DNA of 64,000 nt from an archaeon (GTDB taxonomy: Archaea; B1Sed10-29; WALL01; JAGHAM01). Positions 9,075-18,500 of this stretch are shown here, piece after piece. A program made the position numbers and the translations under genes. The DNA lies in contig JAIOSL010000038.1 of the NCBI GenBank assembly GCA_021107635.1, positions 3,512 to 67,511 on the forward strand, given 5' to 3'. The stretch's first letter is position 1. Every line of letters begins with the position of its first letter. Below the pieces are notes generated by a model. That model saw only the letters and a program-made list of their open reading frames with translations. It did not search any database and was not told the origin of the DNA.

Positions 9075-10637
9075 TTGAAGTTAGTAGTCGAGCAATGCAT
9101 AGAATGTGGAGCATGCATAGATGCCTGCCCACACGCTTTATCCACAAAAATATTAAACTGCACTCACTGCAACGCATGCGTAGAAACATGCACAAAAAAC
9201 GCTTTCTATGAAGTTATGCCTGGAATATATGCCATAGATCCAGAAAAATGCGATGGCTGCGGAGAATGCTTTTGTCCATACGATGCACTCGAAATCAAAG
9301 GATATGCAAGAAAATGCGATTTATGTCAAGGCAATCCTCGCTGCACACAAGTATGCTTGAAAGGCCTTTCTCTGGAAAAAACTAAAGAAGAAAAACAAAA
9401 AATGGCAGAAATACTAGGCTGGGAAAAAATTCAAGGAGAATATACTACTAACATAGAAGACCTTTTACCACACGAAATAACAATACTAGCCAACACCAAA
9501 GAAGTATTCAAAGAACTAATAAAAGAGAAAAACAGCAGTCTCTCACAAACACTTCAAGAATACCTTGAAGAAGAACACATAATACTGCCGAAACACAGAC
9601 AAGAAATACTAGAAAAAACATTAGAAAGAGAACTAAAAAGCTTTTCTATTCTAGACTCACTCCTAGAAGACGGACAACTAGAAGAAATAACCATAAACGG
9701 TCTAGACGCAATACGAGTATTCCATCGAGAAAAAGGATGGCAAAAAACAGACTTGAAATTCACTAAAACCGAAAAGATAATAGAACTAATCAACAAAATT
9801 GCCAGACCAATAGGAAGAAGAATAAGTCTTCAAAACCCAAGATTAAACGCAGTCCTTCCTAACGGTTCAAGATTACATGCAATTGTACCTCCACTAACAA
9901 AAGAACCAAACATGACAATACGAAAATTCAACAAACAACTATTCTCACCAAAAGAACTAGTAAAAAACAAAACCATAAGCGCAGAAGCCCTAGCATTCCT
10001 TTGGATGACCCTACAAAGCAACCTAAACATACTAATCTGTGGCTCCACAGGCTCAGGAAAAACCACTACTCTTGACTGTTTAGCAACATTCATCCCAAAA
10101 AAAGAACGCATTATCATCGTAGAAGAAATTCCAGAAGTGCAATTACCACACGCACACCAAGTAAGACTAATCGTTAACCCTTCCCTAAAAATCAGTATGA
10201 GCGACTTGATAACAGACACACTCAGAATGAGACCTGACCGCGTGATCATTGGAGAAATCAGAACAGAAAAAGAAGTCAAAGCATACATGAACTCAATCCT
10301 AGCAGGACAAGGCAAAGGATCAATAGCTACCTTCCACGCACTAGACGCAAAAGAAGCACTTCACAGACTTGAACTACTAGGAGCTAAAAAAAATGAACTC
10401 AAAGCAATAGACCTAATAATAATCCAAAAAAGATGGACTCAATACGACAAAGAAAAAAGCACTGAAAAACGAAGAATAGTAAGCATAACCGAACAAACAA
10501 ACCCCATATACAAATATGACTACAGCCAAGACACCATCAAAAAAATTCAAGAACCAAAACTCAAACAAGAACTAGAAAAAACCTTCAAAAACTATGAAAA
10601 AGAACTTCTTGAACGAGAAAAAAAACTTCAAGGATAA
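9075..10637 (+). CDS. VirB11/CpaF-family pilus ATPase with N-terminal 4x[4Fe-4S]-type ferredoxin domain
   Basis: TTG start after GGAG; 16 Cys in four groups within aa 8-94; GSTGSGKTT, RMRPDRVIIGEIR, ATFHA. Confidence 0.9.
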   Translation: MKLVVEQCIECGACIDACPHALSTKILNCTHCNACVETCTKNAFYEVMPGIYAIDPEKCDGCGECFCPYDALEIKGYARKCDLCQGNPRCTQVCLKGLSLEKTKEEKQKMAEILGWEKIQGEYTTNIEDLLPHEITILANTKEVFKELIKEKNSSLSQTLQEYLEEEHIILPKHRQEILEKTLERELKSFSILDSLLEDGQLEEITINGLDAIRVFHREKGWQKTDLKFTKTEKIIELINKIARPIGRRISLQNPRLNAVLPNGSRLHAIVPPLTKEPNMTIRKFNKQLFSPKELVKNKTISAEALAFLWMTLQSNLNILICGSTGSGKTTTLDCLATFIPKKERIIIVEEIPEVQLPHAHQVRLIVNPSLKISMSDLITDTLRMRPDRVIIGEIRTEKEVKAYMNSILAGQGKGSIATFHALDAKEALHRLELLGAKKNELKAIDLIIIQKRWTQYDKEKSTEKRRIVSITEQTNPIYKYDYSQDTIKKIQEPKLKQELEKTFKNYEKELLEREKKLQG

Positions 10638-10639
10638 AC

Positions 10640-11179
10640 ATGCACACACAAAAAGTAGAAAAAGAACTACCACTCGCACTAAGAACACTCTCAACCGAAC
10701 TAGCAATCAACATGCCATTCGAACAAAGTCTTGAAAGCCTCTCAGAAGGACATGGAGAACTATCAAAAGACTTTCAGAAAATAACCCAAAGAATAAACGC
10801 AGGCTACACAGTAAGAGAATCACTCCTAGCCTGGACACAAGACACCCCCTCAAAACAAGTAAAAAGAGTCGCGCTCCAACTAATCTCAAACTACGAAAAC
10901 AAAGAAGACCCACTTGCTCTCAGAAAACTAAGCGAAGAACTACTCTCTCAACAAAAAACCAAAATGCGCGAATATACAAGCCAACTAGCAGTATATTCTC
11001 TTTTATTCATAGCAGTCTCAGCAATATTTCCTGCATTGTTTCAAGCATATGTAATCATAGGATCCAGTTTCATGAGCCAAACAGTCACACCAGAACAAGC
11101 ACTACTCATTCCAATAATCGGGTTTCCGCTAGCAGACATAGCCATTCTAGCAATAATTAAAAAGAGGAAACCGTTATGA
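10640..11179 (+). CDS. Short TadB/T2SS-F family membrane protein
   Basis: VEKELPLALRTLSTEL, HGELSKDF, two C-terminal TM helices. Confidence 0.8.
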   Translation: MHTQKVEKELPLALRTLSTELAINMPFEQSLESLSEGHGELSKDFQKITQRINAGYTVRESLLAWTQDTPSKQVKRVALQLISNYENKEDPLALRKLSEELLSQQKTKMREYTSQLAVYSLLFIAVSAIFPALFQAYVIIGSSFMSQTVTPEQALLIPIIGFPLADIAILAIIKKRKPL

Positions 11180-11898
11180 ACATGGAACTGCTTTTGATAG
11201 TGCCAATAATAGCAATAGCTTATGCTATTCCTAAATGGAAAAAAGCCAAAAAGATAAGAGAAATAGAAGAAAATCTTCCAGAAGCACTACTGCAAGTATC
11301 AACCCTAACAGAAATAACAAGTTTTGAACGATTAATTGAAAAAATGGCTGAAGGACAAAACCAGCTCTCACAAGAATTCAAAAAAGTAAACCGTCAAATA
11401 AAAAATGGCATCCCAGTAAAAGAATCCCTCCAAAGCCTAGAACAAGAAAGTCCGTTACTCTCAAGAACAGCCAAACTTTTAAAACAAAGCTATCGCACAG
11501 GAGCAAACATGAGCAAAGCACTACGCGAAACAGCTGAAGACATCACTCAAACACAAGAAATACTAAGAGAACGCTCTTCCAGCACAATGATAGAAAAATA
11601 CACCCTGTTGCTTGCAGGAGGCTGCATCGTACCGCTCATTTTAGGAGTGCTTGTAGCACTAATTAACAACATAGGATTCATAGACATTGGCATGGGCATG
11701 AACATTCAAACCAGACAAGCCATAGTAAACAACGCTTCTCTCGCCAACCAAATATACCTAGCAGAATATGCCCTCCTAGCATCAGTTTTTGTGAGCCTGC
11801 AAGAAACCAAACCAGAAAAAGCATTAATATACGCTTGTGTGCTAATCCCATTAAGTTTGATATTATTCCACCTAGCAAGCACTAGCATAGCTTTTTAA
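11176..11898 (+). CDS. TadC/T2SS-F family membrane protein
   Basis: IEENLPEALLQV, LSQEFKKV, RTGANMSKALRETAED, TM helices. Confidence 0.85.
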   Translation: MNMELLLIVPIIAIAYAIPKWKKAKKIREIEENLPEALLQVSTLTEITSFERLIEKMAEGQNQLSQEFKKVNRQIKNGIPVKESLQSLEQESPLLSRTAKLLKQSYRTGANMSKALRETAEDITQTQEILRERSSSTMIEKYTLLLAGGCIVPLILGVLVALINNIGFIDIGMGMNIQTRQAIVNNASLANQIYLAEYALLASVFVSLQETKPEKALIYACVLIPLSLILFHLASTSIAF

Positions 11899-11899
11899 A
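11892..11899 (+). promoter_or_regulatory. Putative TATA box of PAC2 gene
   Basis: TTTTTAAA ending about 24 nt before ATG 11923; the same TTTTTAAACC motif precedes genes at 14072 (+) and 23943 (-). Confidence 0.5.
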
Positions 11900-11922
11900 C
11901 CGGTAGCGCTTATTTTTCAAGT

Positions 11923-12669
11923 ATGGGACAAGTGGAATTCAAAATAGTAGGAAAACCAAAATTAGCAGGATACACGCTAATAGAAGGATTTCCAGGCATT
12001 GGTTTGATAGGAACGATAGCAGCAGGATACCTAACAGAAAAACTAGAAACAGAATGCATTGGATACGTTTTCTCAAAAGATTTTCCGCCAATGGCATCAA
12101 TCCACAAAGGCAAACCAGTATTCCCAGCAAGAATATACATAGACAAAAAACACAAGCTAGTCATACTATTCTCAGAGCTTGTTGTACCATCAAACACAGT
12201 CTATGACATCTCCACAACCATACTAGAATGGGCTAAACAAAACAAGATAAAAAGAATCATTTCACTAGCAGGAATGACAGCCAAACCAGGAGAAGAACCA
12301 AAAAAACCAATAATATATGGAATAGCCGCAGATGATGATATCGCCAAACAAATGGTAGACAGAAACGTAAAACTAATAACAGAAGGCGTTACCACAGGTG
12401 TTTCCGGCGTTCTAATGGCACAATGCAGAGTAGAGAATTTTCCGGCAATGAGCTTGCTCATAGAATCCAAGCGAGGATATCCTGACCCGGGAGCAGCAGC
12501 TGAACTGCTAGAAAAACTAGAAGAATTCCTAGACTTTGACATCAAAACTCAAGACCTAATGGAAGAAGCAAAACAAATAGAAATCAAAATGAGACGCATG
12601 CTCAGCAGAATCAGTTCAGGCAAACGACAATACGAACGAGCAGAAAAACACTCCCTAATGTACGGGTAA
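11923..12669 (+). CDS. Proteasome assembly chaperone (PAC2 family)
   Basis: LIEGFPGIGLIGTIAAGYL, YPDPGAAA; C-terminal MYG. Confidence 0.9.
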   Translation: MGQVEFKIVGKPKLAGYTLIEGFPGIGLIGTIAAGYLTEKLETECIGYVFSKDFPPMASIHKGKPVFPARIYIDKKHKLVILFSELVVPSNTVYDISTTILEWAKQNKIKRIISLAGMTAKPGEEPKKPIIYGIAADDDIAKQMVDRNVKLITEGVTTGVSGVLMAQCRVENFPAMSLLIESKRGYPDPGAAAELLEKLEEFLDFDIKTQDLMEEAKQIEIKMRRMLSRISSGKRQYERAEKHSLMYG

Positions 12670-13593
12670 AAAGCTCTTCTCATTATGTGAAAGAATAACA
12701 AGCGTTTCAGTATCATACACATGCCTAGTAGAATAAATGTTTCTGATATTATCAAAACAATGAGAAATATCACTAGAACGCATCACAGCAAGCAAATCAT
12801 GCCTGAAAGCCAAAGAAAACAACTCATGAACACACTCCTCTCCAACAAGCCGTTTAATCACCTGCTCTCGCTCACCTGGAATAGCATCAATAAACACACA
12901 AGAACTTACCCCAAACCCCAAATCATTATACACCTCAGGCGGAATAAAAATACTCTTCTTTAATAACACTCCATTACGCCATAACAAACCCCACTTACGC
13001 GAAACAGTATTCCTATGAAAACCCAATGCATCAGCAACCTTCTTCAAAGACGCTCCAGTATTAACAAACTTATACTTAAGAATAGCCAGGGAAGTATCAT
13101 CCAAAACATCACACTCAAGCGACAAATCATGAACCTGATTTAATTTTTCCACTCTCATGACAGGAACCAAAGAAATTCGTGAAATAGTATCCCTAAAATT
13201 AACTCCAAGCCACTCAATCAAATTCTGTAACTCCTTATGCTCAGAATAAAACACCTTAGCAAACATATCCATTTGACCAGTCAAAGTAAAAATAGAAAAC
13301 ACATTAGGATGAGACAAAATCTTCTCATCCAAATCCTTTCTATCCAAATTCCTAGTAATATCCAAAGCACACCAAGCCATATTCTTATAACCAAGCTTAT
13401 ACGGATTAACCCTATAACGATAAGAAAGAATAATCCCCTTACGCTCAAACTGCTTTATCTTATACGCAACAGTCTGAGGACTAACCCTCAAAATCTTACC
13501 AATCTCATAAATAGAATAATGCGCGCCCTTCAACATCAAAAACTTCAACAAACGATGATCCAAATCCGACAAATAAACCTTTTCACGAGCCAT
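12655..13593 (-). CDS. Lrp/AsnC-family regulator with two tandem HTH-RAM units
   Basis: HTH1 IYEIGKILRVSPQTVAYKIKQFERKGII plus LTGQMD; HTH2 LKKVADALGFHRNTVSRKW. Confidence 0.85.
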   Translation of the reverse strand: MAREKVYLSDLDHRLLKFLMLKGAHYSIYEIGKILRVSPQTVAYKIKQFERKGIILSYRYRVNPYKLGYKNMAWCALDITRNLDRKDLDEKILSHPNVFSIFTLTGQMDMFAKVFYSEHKELQNLIEWLGVNFRDTISRISLVPVMRVEKLNQVHDLSLECDVLDDTSLAILKYKFVNTGASLKKVADALGFHRNTVSRKWGLLWRNGVLLKKSIFIPPEVYNDLGFGVSSCVFIDAIPGEREQVIKRLVGEECVHELFSLAFRHDLLAVMRSSDISHCFDNIRNIYSTRHVYDTETLVILSHNEKSFLPVH

Positions 13594-13696
13594 ATATATT
13601 ATATTTGTATAAACCTATTTATTAGTTCCTTTTATAAAAGCATATAAATGCATATTCTTTTATGTCTTTTTGTGTGCAATATCAAGTTAACCATTA

Positions 13697-13716
13697 ACTA
13701 GTTGTAACAAACTAGT
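13697..13716. promoter_or_regulatory. Inverted repeat in divergent promoter region, candidate regulator site
   Basis: ACTAGTT-GTAACA-AACTAGT in AT-rich intergenic DNA next to the Lrp gene. Confidence 0.4.
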
Positions 13717-13751
13717 ATTAGTGTGGCTATATGCCATGGGGGTGGTAACGT

Positions 13752-13985
13752 ATGGAAAAATATGTAAAGGTTCACTCCCCCGGGATAGCCGGATTTCCAA
13801 GAGCGATGGTTGCCGCGGGGGAAGATTTGGTCTTGGGTGTAGTGCATGTGTTTTTGACTATTGTACTACTAACGGCAATATGCATGATAGCGTTCAATCC
13901 GATTTTATTCCAGAACATCCAGCTAATTTTAGTGATCGGAGGCATAGCAGTAATTGACTTGTGGATCTCTCACCAAATGAAATAG
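13752..13985 (+). CDS. Small two-TM membrane protein (77 aa)
   Basis: GGTGGT SD upstream, two hydrophobic helices, terminator-like hairpin downstream. Confidence 0.65.
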   Translation: MEKYVKVHSPGIAGFPRAMVAAGEDLVLGVVHVFLTIVLLTAICMIAFNPILFQNIQLILVIGGIAVIDLWISHQMK

Positions 13986-14014
13986 AGGGGTTAACGCCCC
14001 CTCACCTTTTTTTT
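13985..14014 (+). terminator. Hairpin plus T-tract terminator
   Basis: GAGGGG-7nt-CCCCTC followed by T8. Confidence 0.6.
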
Positions 14015-14071
14015 AGGAAATGTTTTTAAACCATAACAACGTAATTAGAACTTATAACCGGGGGGTTTAGA

Positions 14072-14608
14072 ATGAAAATTAATAATTTTTTTAAGTTAAT
14101 GTCACCCAAGCTTACTGTACTAGTTACTACTGTTGATGAAAAGGGACGTCCAGAGGTTTCAACGTTCTCTTTTGTTACGCCTATTTCGTTTAATCCACCT
14201 ATGTTAGGATTATCTGTGGGTCCTAACAAGCACAGTTATTGGAACATGACGCGTGTTAAAGAGTTTGTGGTTAACATTCCTAGTGAAAAAATGCTTGATC
14301 AGGTTTGGGAAGCTGGCGGCAAATATGATCAGGAGGAAAGCAAGATAGAAAAACTTGGTTTCAAGACTTTGCCTAGTGATAAAGTCAGGCCTCCAAGGCT
14401 TGCGGATTGTCCAGCACATATTGAGTGCTATGAAGAGTTTTCAAAGAAAGCAGGAGATCATGTGATGGTGCTTGGTAGGGTAGTGGCAGTGCATGCGGAT
14501 GAGGATATGGTTGATTCTAAGGGTAATCTTAAGGTTGATGTGGTCAGGCCTCCTTTGCACGTGAGCGATAATCTTTTCGCTTTTCCGTATGTAACTAAGA
14601 GTGTTTGA
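14072..14608 (+). CDS. Flavin reductase-like FMN-binding protein (DIM6/NTAB family)
   Basis: VLVTTVD, SFNPPML, EFVVNIP, AHIEC, GDHVMVLGRV. Confidence 0.9.
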   Translation: MKINNFFKLMSPKLTVLVTTVDEKGRPEVSTFSFVTPISFNPPMLGLSVGPNKHSYWNMTRVKEFVVNIPSEKMLDQVWEAGGKYDQEESKIEKLGFKTLPSDKVRPPRLADCPAHIECYEEFSKKAGDHVMVLGRVVAVHADEDMVDSKGNLKVDVVRPPLHVSDNLFAFPYVTKSV

Positions 14609-15533
14609 GTCTTTGCTCTACAGCTGAGATTAGCAGGGGCAGTAGCACGGTTACGTCTCCTTGTACGGTTACTTGTTTTGCGTTTTCTTTTACTTTTCCC
14701 CAGCTGATGCCTTCTCTCATTCTTGCTCCGCTCAGTGAACCGTCATATTCTCCTGCGCTAGTGATACCCACTGCATAATCTAGGCCTCCTCTGAATTGGT
14801 TCCACCAGATTGTGTGATGTTTGGAAATGCCGCCCCCTAGGATAAGCGCGCCGGCTTTTTTTGCGTCAAAGACTAGTTCTGCTAGTTTGTTTTCGTCTAG
14901 GAACAGGTCTATGTTGAAGTCTTTGTGGTCTTGCCAGAAGAAGTATAGTTGTGAGCCGAATGCTCCGTCAGTGATTCCAGGGATGATTACTGGAATTTTG
15001 TTTTTCCATGCCCAGTATGTTATTGATTCTTTAGCTTTTTTTTCTTTTGAAATGGCTTTTCCTACGTCCCAGACTAGTTCGTATGTTGAGTAGTGCTTGT
15101 TTTTTTTGTATAGTTTTGAGAGGATTGGTTGGAGTTTTTTTTCTAGGATTGTGCCGTAACTGTCGATTGGAGCAAAAATGTTGCCTATTCTGTGTATGCC
15201 TTTTCTGTGTAGTTCAATGTCATTTGCCTGGAAGCTTCCGTGATAATAGTTTTTCCATAGTTTTGATAAGTCGTAATCTAGCGTGCCACTTGCGGTGATT
15301 ATTGCTTGGACTCGTTTTTTCTTGACTAGTTCTGTTAGTATGCCGCGTGTGCCTGTGGAGGCTATGCATGCTGGGAAGGAGAGGAAGGTTGTGCATTGTG
15401 GGTCACGGAACATTTTTTCTGTGATTTGTGCTGCTTCTCCTAGGTGTTTGGCTGTGAAGCCTCCTGCGTTGTATAATTGTTTTAGTAGTTCGTCTGTGGA
15501 GTCAGTTGCATGAATATCTTTAACTGTTTTCAT
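14595..15533 (-). CDS. dys: Deoxyhypusine synthase
   Basis: GGFTAKHL, STGTRG, RIGNI, TDGAFG, LGGGISKHH, YDGSLSGARMREGISWGK. Confidence 0.96.
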   Translation of the reverse strand: MKTVKDIHATDSTDELLKQLYNAGGFTAKHLGEAAQITEKMFRDPQCTTFLSFPACIASTGTRGILTELVKKKRVQAIITASGTLDYDLSKLWKNYYHGSFQANDIELHRKGIHRIGNIFAPIDSYGTILEKKLQPILSKLYKKNKHYSTYELVWDVGKAISKEKKAKESITYWAWKNKIPVIIPGITDGAFGSQLYFFWQDHKDFNIDLFLDENKLAELVFDAKKAGALILGGGISKHHTIWWNQFRGGLDYAVGITSAGEYDGSLSGARMREGISWGKVKENAKQVTVQGDVTVLLPLLISAVEQRLKHS

Positions 15534-15548
15534 TTTTATCGCCTTAAG

Positions 15549-18500
15549 TTAGGGAGTGGTTCTTTTTTTTAGTCTTGTTCTTGCTAGGAATATGCCTCCT
15601 GCAAGAGCTAGAATGTATAGTAGGAATGTCCAGTCTGTTTCTTCTGGTCGTGTTGGGATTTGAATACCAGTTGGTGTTGGGGGTTTCCATGGTGGTATGC
15701 CTTCGTCTATTGCGCTTGGCTGGAGTAGTGGTGGTTCTGGTCTTCCTGTTATTGCATCGAAGCCGTGAGTTTTGAATTCGTTGTTCATTTGGATTGGTTG
15801 TCCGTTGACGAACACGTAGTTGTTGTTGTCTCTATCGTATTTTATTGATCCACCAGTGCCTATTATCCAGTCTACTATAGCTTCGCCAAGAGTTTCTCCG
15901 GTCTGTGGGTTGGTGATGTTTATTACTGTGCTTCCGTCTGGTTTTGATTCTAGGCAGACTCTGCGTATCAGATTTGCTTCCACGTGTGGCTTGCCTTTTT
16001 CGTATACTAGTATGCATCCAGAGTCTTCATCTATTTCTATTTGGTCTATGTCAAAGACTTCTGTTTGGTTTCCGTGCATTAGTTCTAGGTGCATTGTACC
16101 ATTTTCGTCTTTTGTGAATGCAAAGCCTACTGTCTGGTTCTGGTCGTCCAGTCCAAAGACTTTAGTGATTGTACCAAGCTTGTCTCCACCGGGTATGCGA
16201 GTGAGTGAACCGTTAATGCCCATGATTTGTCCTTGATCATCATATATTTCCAGTGGCAGGCCTGTGTCTGAGACCAAGGGTTTTCCTTTGGTTAGTTCAT
16301 ACCATTCTGTTCCGCTTATTGCTGGTCTGAAGTATTTTGGAACAATGTAAATGAAGTCTCCTTTTTTGATTACTACTCCGCCTTCAAATATCGCTGAACG
16401 GAACCCAAAGGTCTCATTCTCAAATTCTACTTTAGCTTTCGCGGTCACGGCAATTGGATTGAGACTATAAGCATAAGAGCCATCTGGTACGTCACGTTCC
16501 CAGCGATAATCTCCGTTATAATCAATGTTCGGGTAAATTGCGCCGCTGTCTGTTTCTATGTCTCTAAGCGCGCCCATCATTCTTTCAAGTTCTTCAAAGT
16601 GTTCGCCTTCAAAAGTGCTTATTATGTCTTGGTTGAATTTGATGTTTTTGCCGGATGGGTCTGAAGTAAATATCGCACAGTCTGTTGTTTCGTTAATGTT
16701 TATTTTTATTGCTGTGTTTGGAATGATTAGCGCGGGAAGGTTCTCATCAAGCCATTTGAATGGAACGAGTTCATGGGTAAGTATGGGCTTGTCTCCTACA
16801 TAGATTGTATCGCCTGAGACTCTTACGCACAATTCATCTTGTGGATTGCCTCCAATCATTGGGCAAAAGTGTAGGTCTAAGTCGCTTCTGAGCCAGTCGA
16901 TTACTGCATCTTTCAAGTGGAAGTAGTAGATATCTTCAAACATCATTCTTCCGGTTGCATTGTCCATTTCTGAGTGGATATTTAATTGCATTTGTGCTGG
17001 CTTTAGGAGGGAATCATCTTGTCCTATGTTTAATCCTTCTAAGAAGTTGTCTATTGGAAGTGCGTCTAGGCCTGGAAGACCTTTTATTTGTTGTGATTCT
17101 TCTATTTCTGCTTGTATGACTGATGGATCTCTGTAGTCTGATCCTCCAATAATCATGAATGATCGCTCGTTGCAGGTGAGAAGTTCTTCCATGCAATCGG
17201 TTGTCAATTCTATTTTTCCTTTCCATTCTCCAACACCTGAAAGCACAACAAAATCGGAGATTCCGAGCGCGAGGTTCAGCGCGCTGAATGCCACGGATTT
17301 TTCTGCTGCCATTTGGACTATGCCGCTTGCTCCAAGGTACATGCTCATCATGCCAATGCTTGCTTCGCATTTGGCGTGGACTGCTTCGCATGGTGGTCGT
17401 GAGGTACAGTCTATGAATTCACTTGTGTAGTTTGGTTGGACGTAGCATTGTTCAAGGTCTTTCATTGAGGTTGTCTGGGAGGTCAGGAGTTCTTCTCCTC
17501 CACCAAATACACCTCTTCCTACTATTCCTGCTATGACTGGAGCAAGAGAGTATCTGGCAATGGGTATTGAAGGCCATAGGTAGATTAGAGAGCCTAAAGC
17601 TATTGTTTCTGTTCTTGAGCCAAGTTTGCGGAGGGCAGTTGATATACCCCATGTCCAAGGGAAGACGCTTCTCACTTCGTTGGGTTGTCCGAATGAGTGC
17701 TTGTAGATGTCCATGTTGGTTGTTCGCATTCCTAGTGCAGATACTGCAGTGTCTTCTGCGAGAATTCTCATTGAGGCAGGGTCTTCTATCAGTACCATGT
17801 CATGGTTTTCCCAGTTGGTGATTCGCATTAGGTAGCCTTTGTCTGTAAGTTCTACTTCTGTTGAACCGCGTGGATTTTCTTTGTCATACATTGATATTAT
17901 CTGTGGAGTGTTGTCGTACATTATTCCGCCAAATAGAAGGTTTTGTCCTAGTTCACTGTATTTGGTTGCCATTGTCGGTTCGTATCCACCGATTGCAACC
18001 AGGAAATCTCTCACGTGCTTTCCAACAAAATATCCTCCAACACCACTCTCGTGCAACGCATCAACTTCTTTGGGTATTCCTAGGAGTATGAGTGAGGAAG
18101 TTGGAGTGAATAGGGTGTCGGTTGATTCTGGATCCCAGTGCAATGTTATTCCGGGGGATGCTAGGGTTAAGAATCCTTCTTTTTCGAACATGAGGCCGCC
18201 TAAGTGTAATCCATATGCAACTAGAGTGATTGGTCTGGCAGCAAAGTATAGTCCTTGCAGGACAGCTGCAAGGGATTTGAGCGGGAGTCGTGCTAGCCCT
18301 GCTATAGCCGGGTTTGATATTTTTAGTGCACTAACTTTTCCGCTTAGTCCTCCATGGCCTAACCAATCCATGCTTAAAATTCTTCTTTGTGTTGCAAAAG
18401 ATTTTTGGCCTTTACTGTATTTTTCTAGAGGTTTGATTTCGTATCCTTTCTTGACTATGTGATAAATTTCATCGTTAGATAATGCTCCTGCAGAGGGAAT

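Noticed and set aside
13721..13957. Alternative 78-aa ORF overlapping 13752-13985
   Set aside because: The other frame has the SD, TM pattern and terminator adjacency
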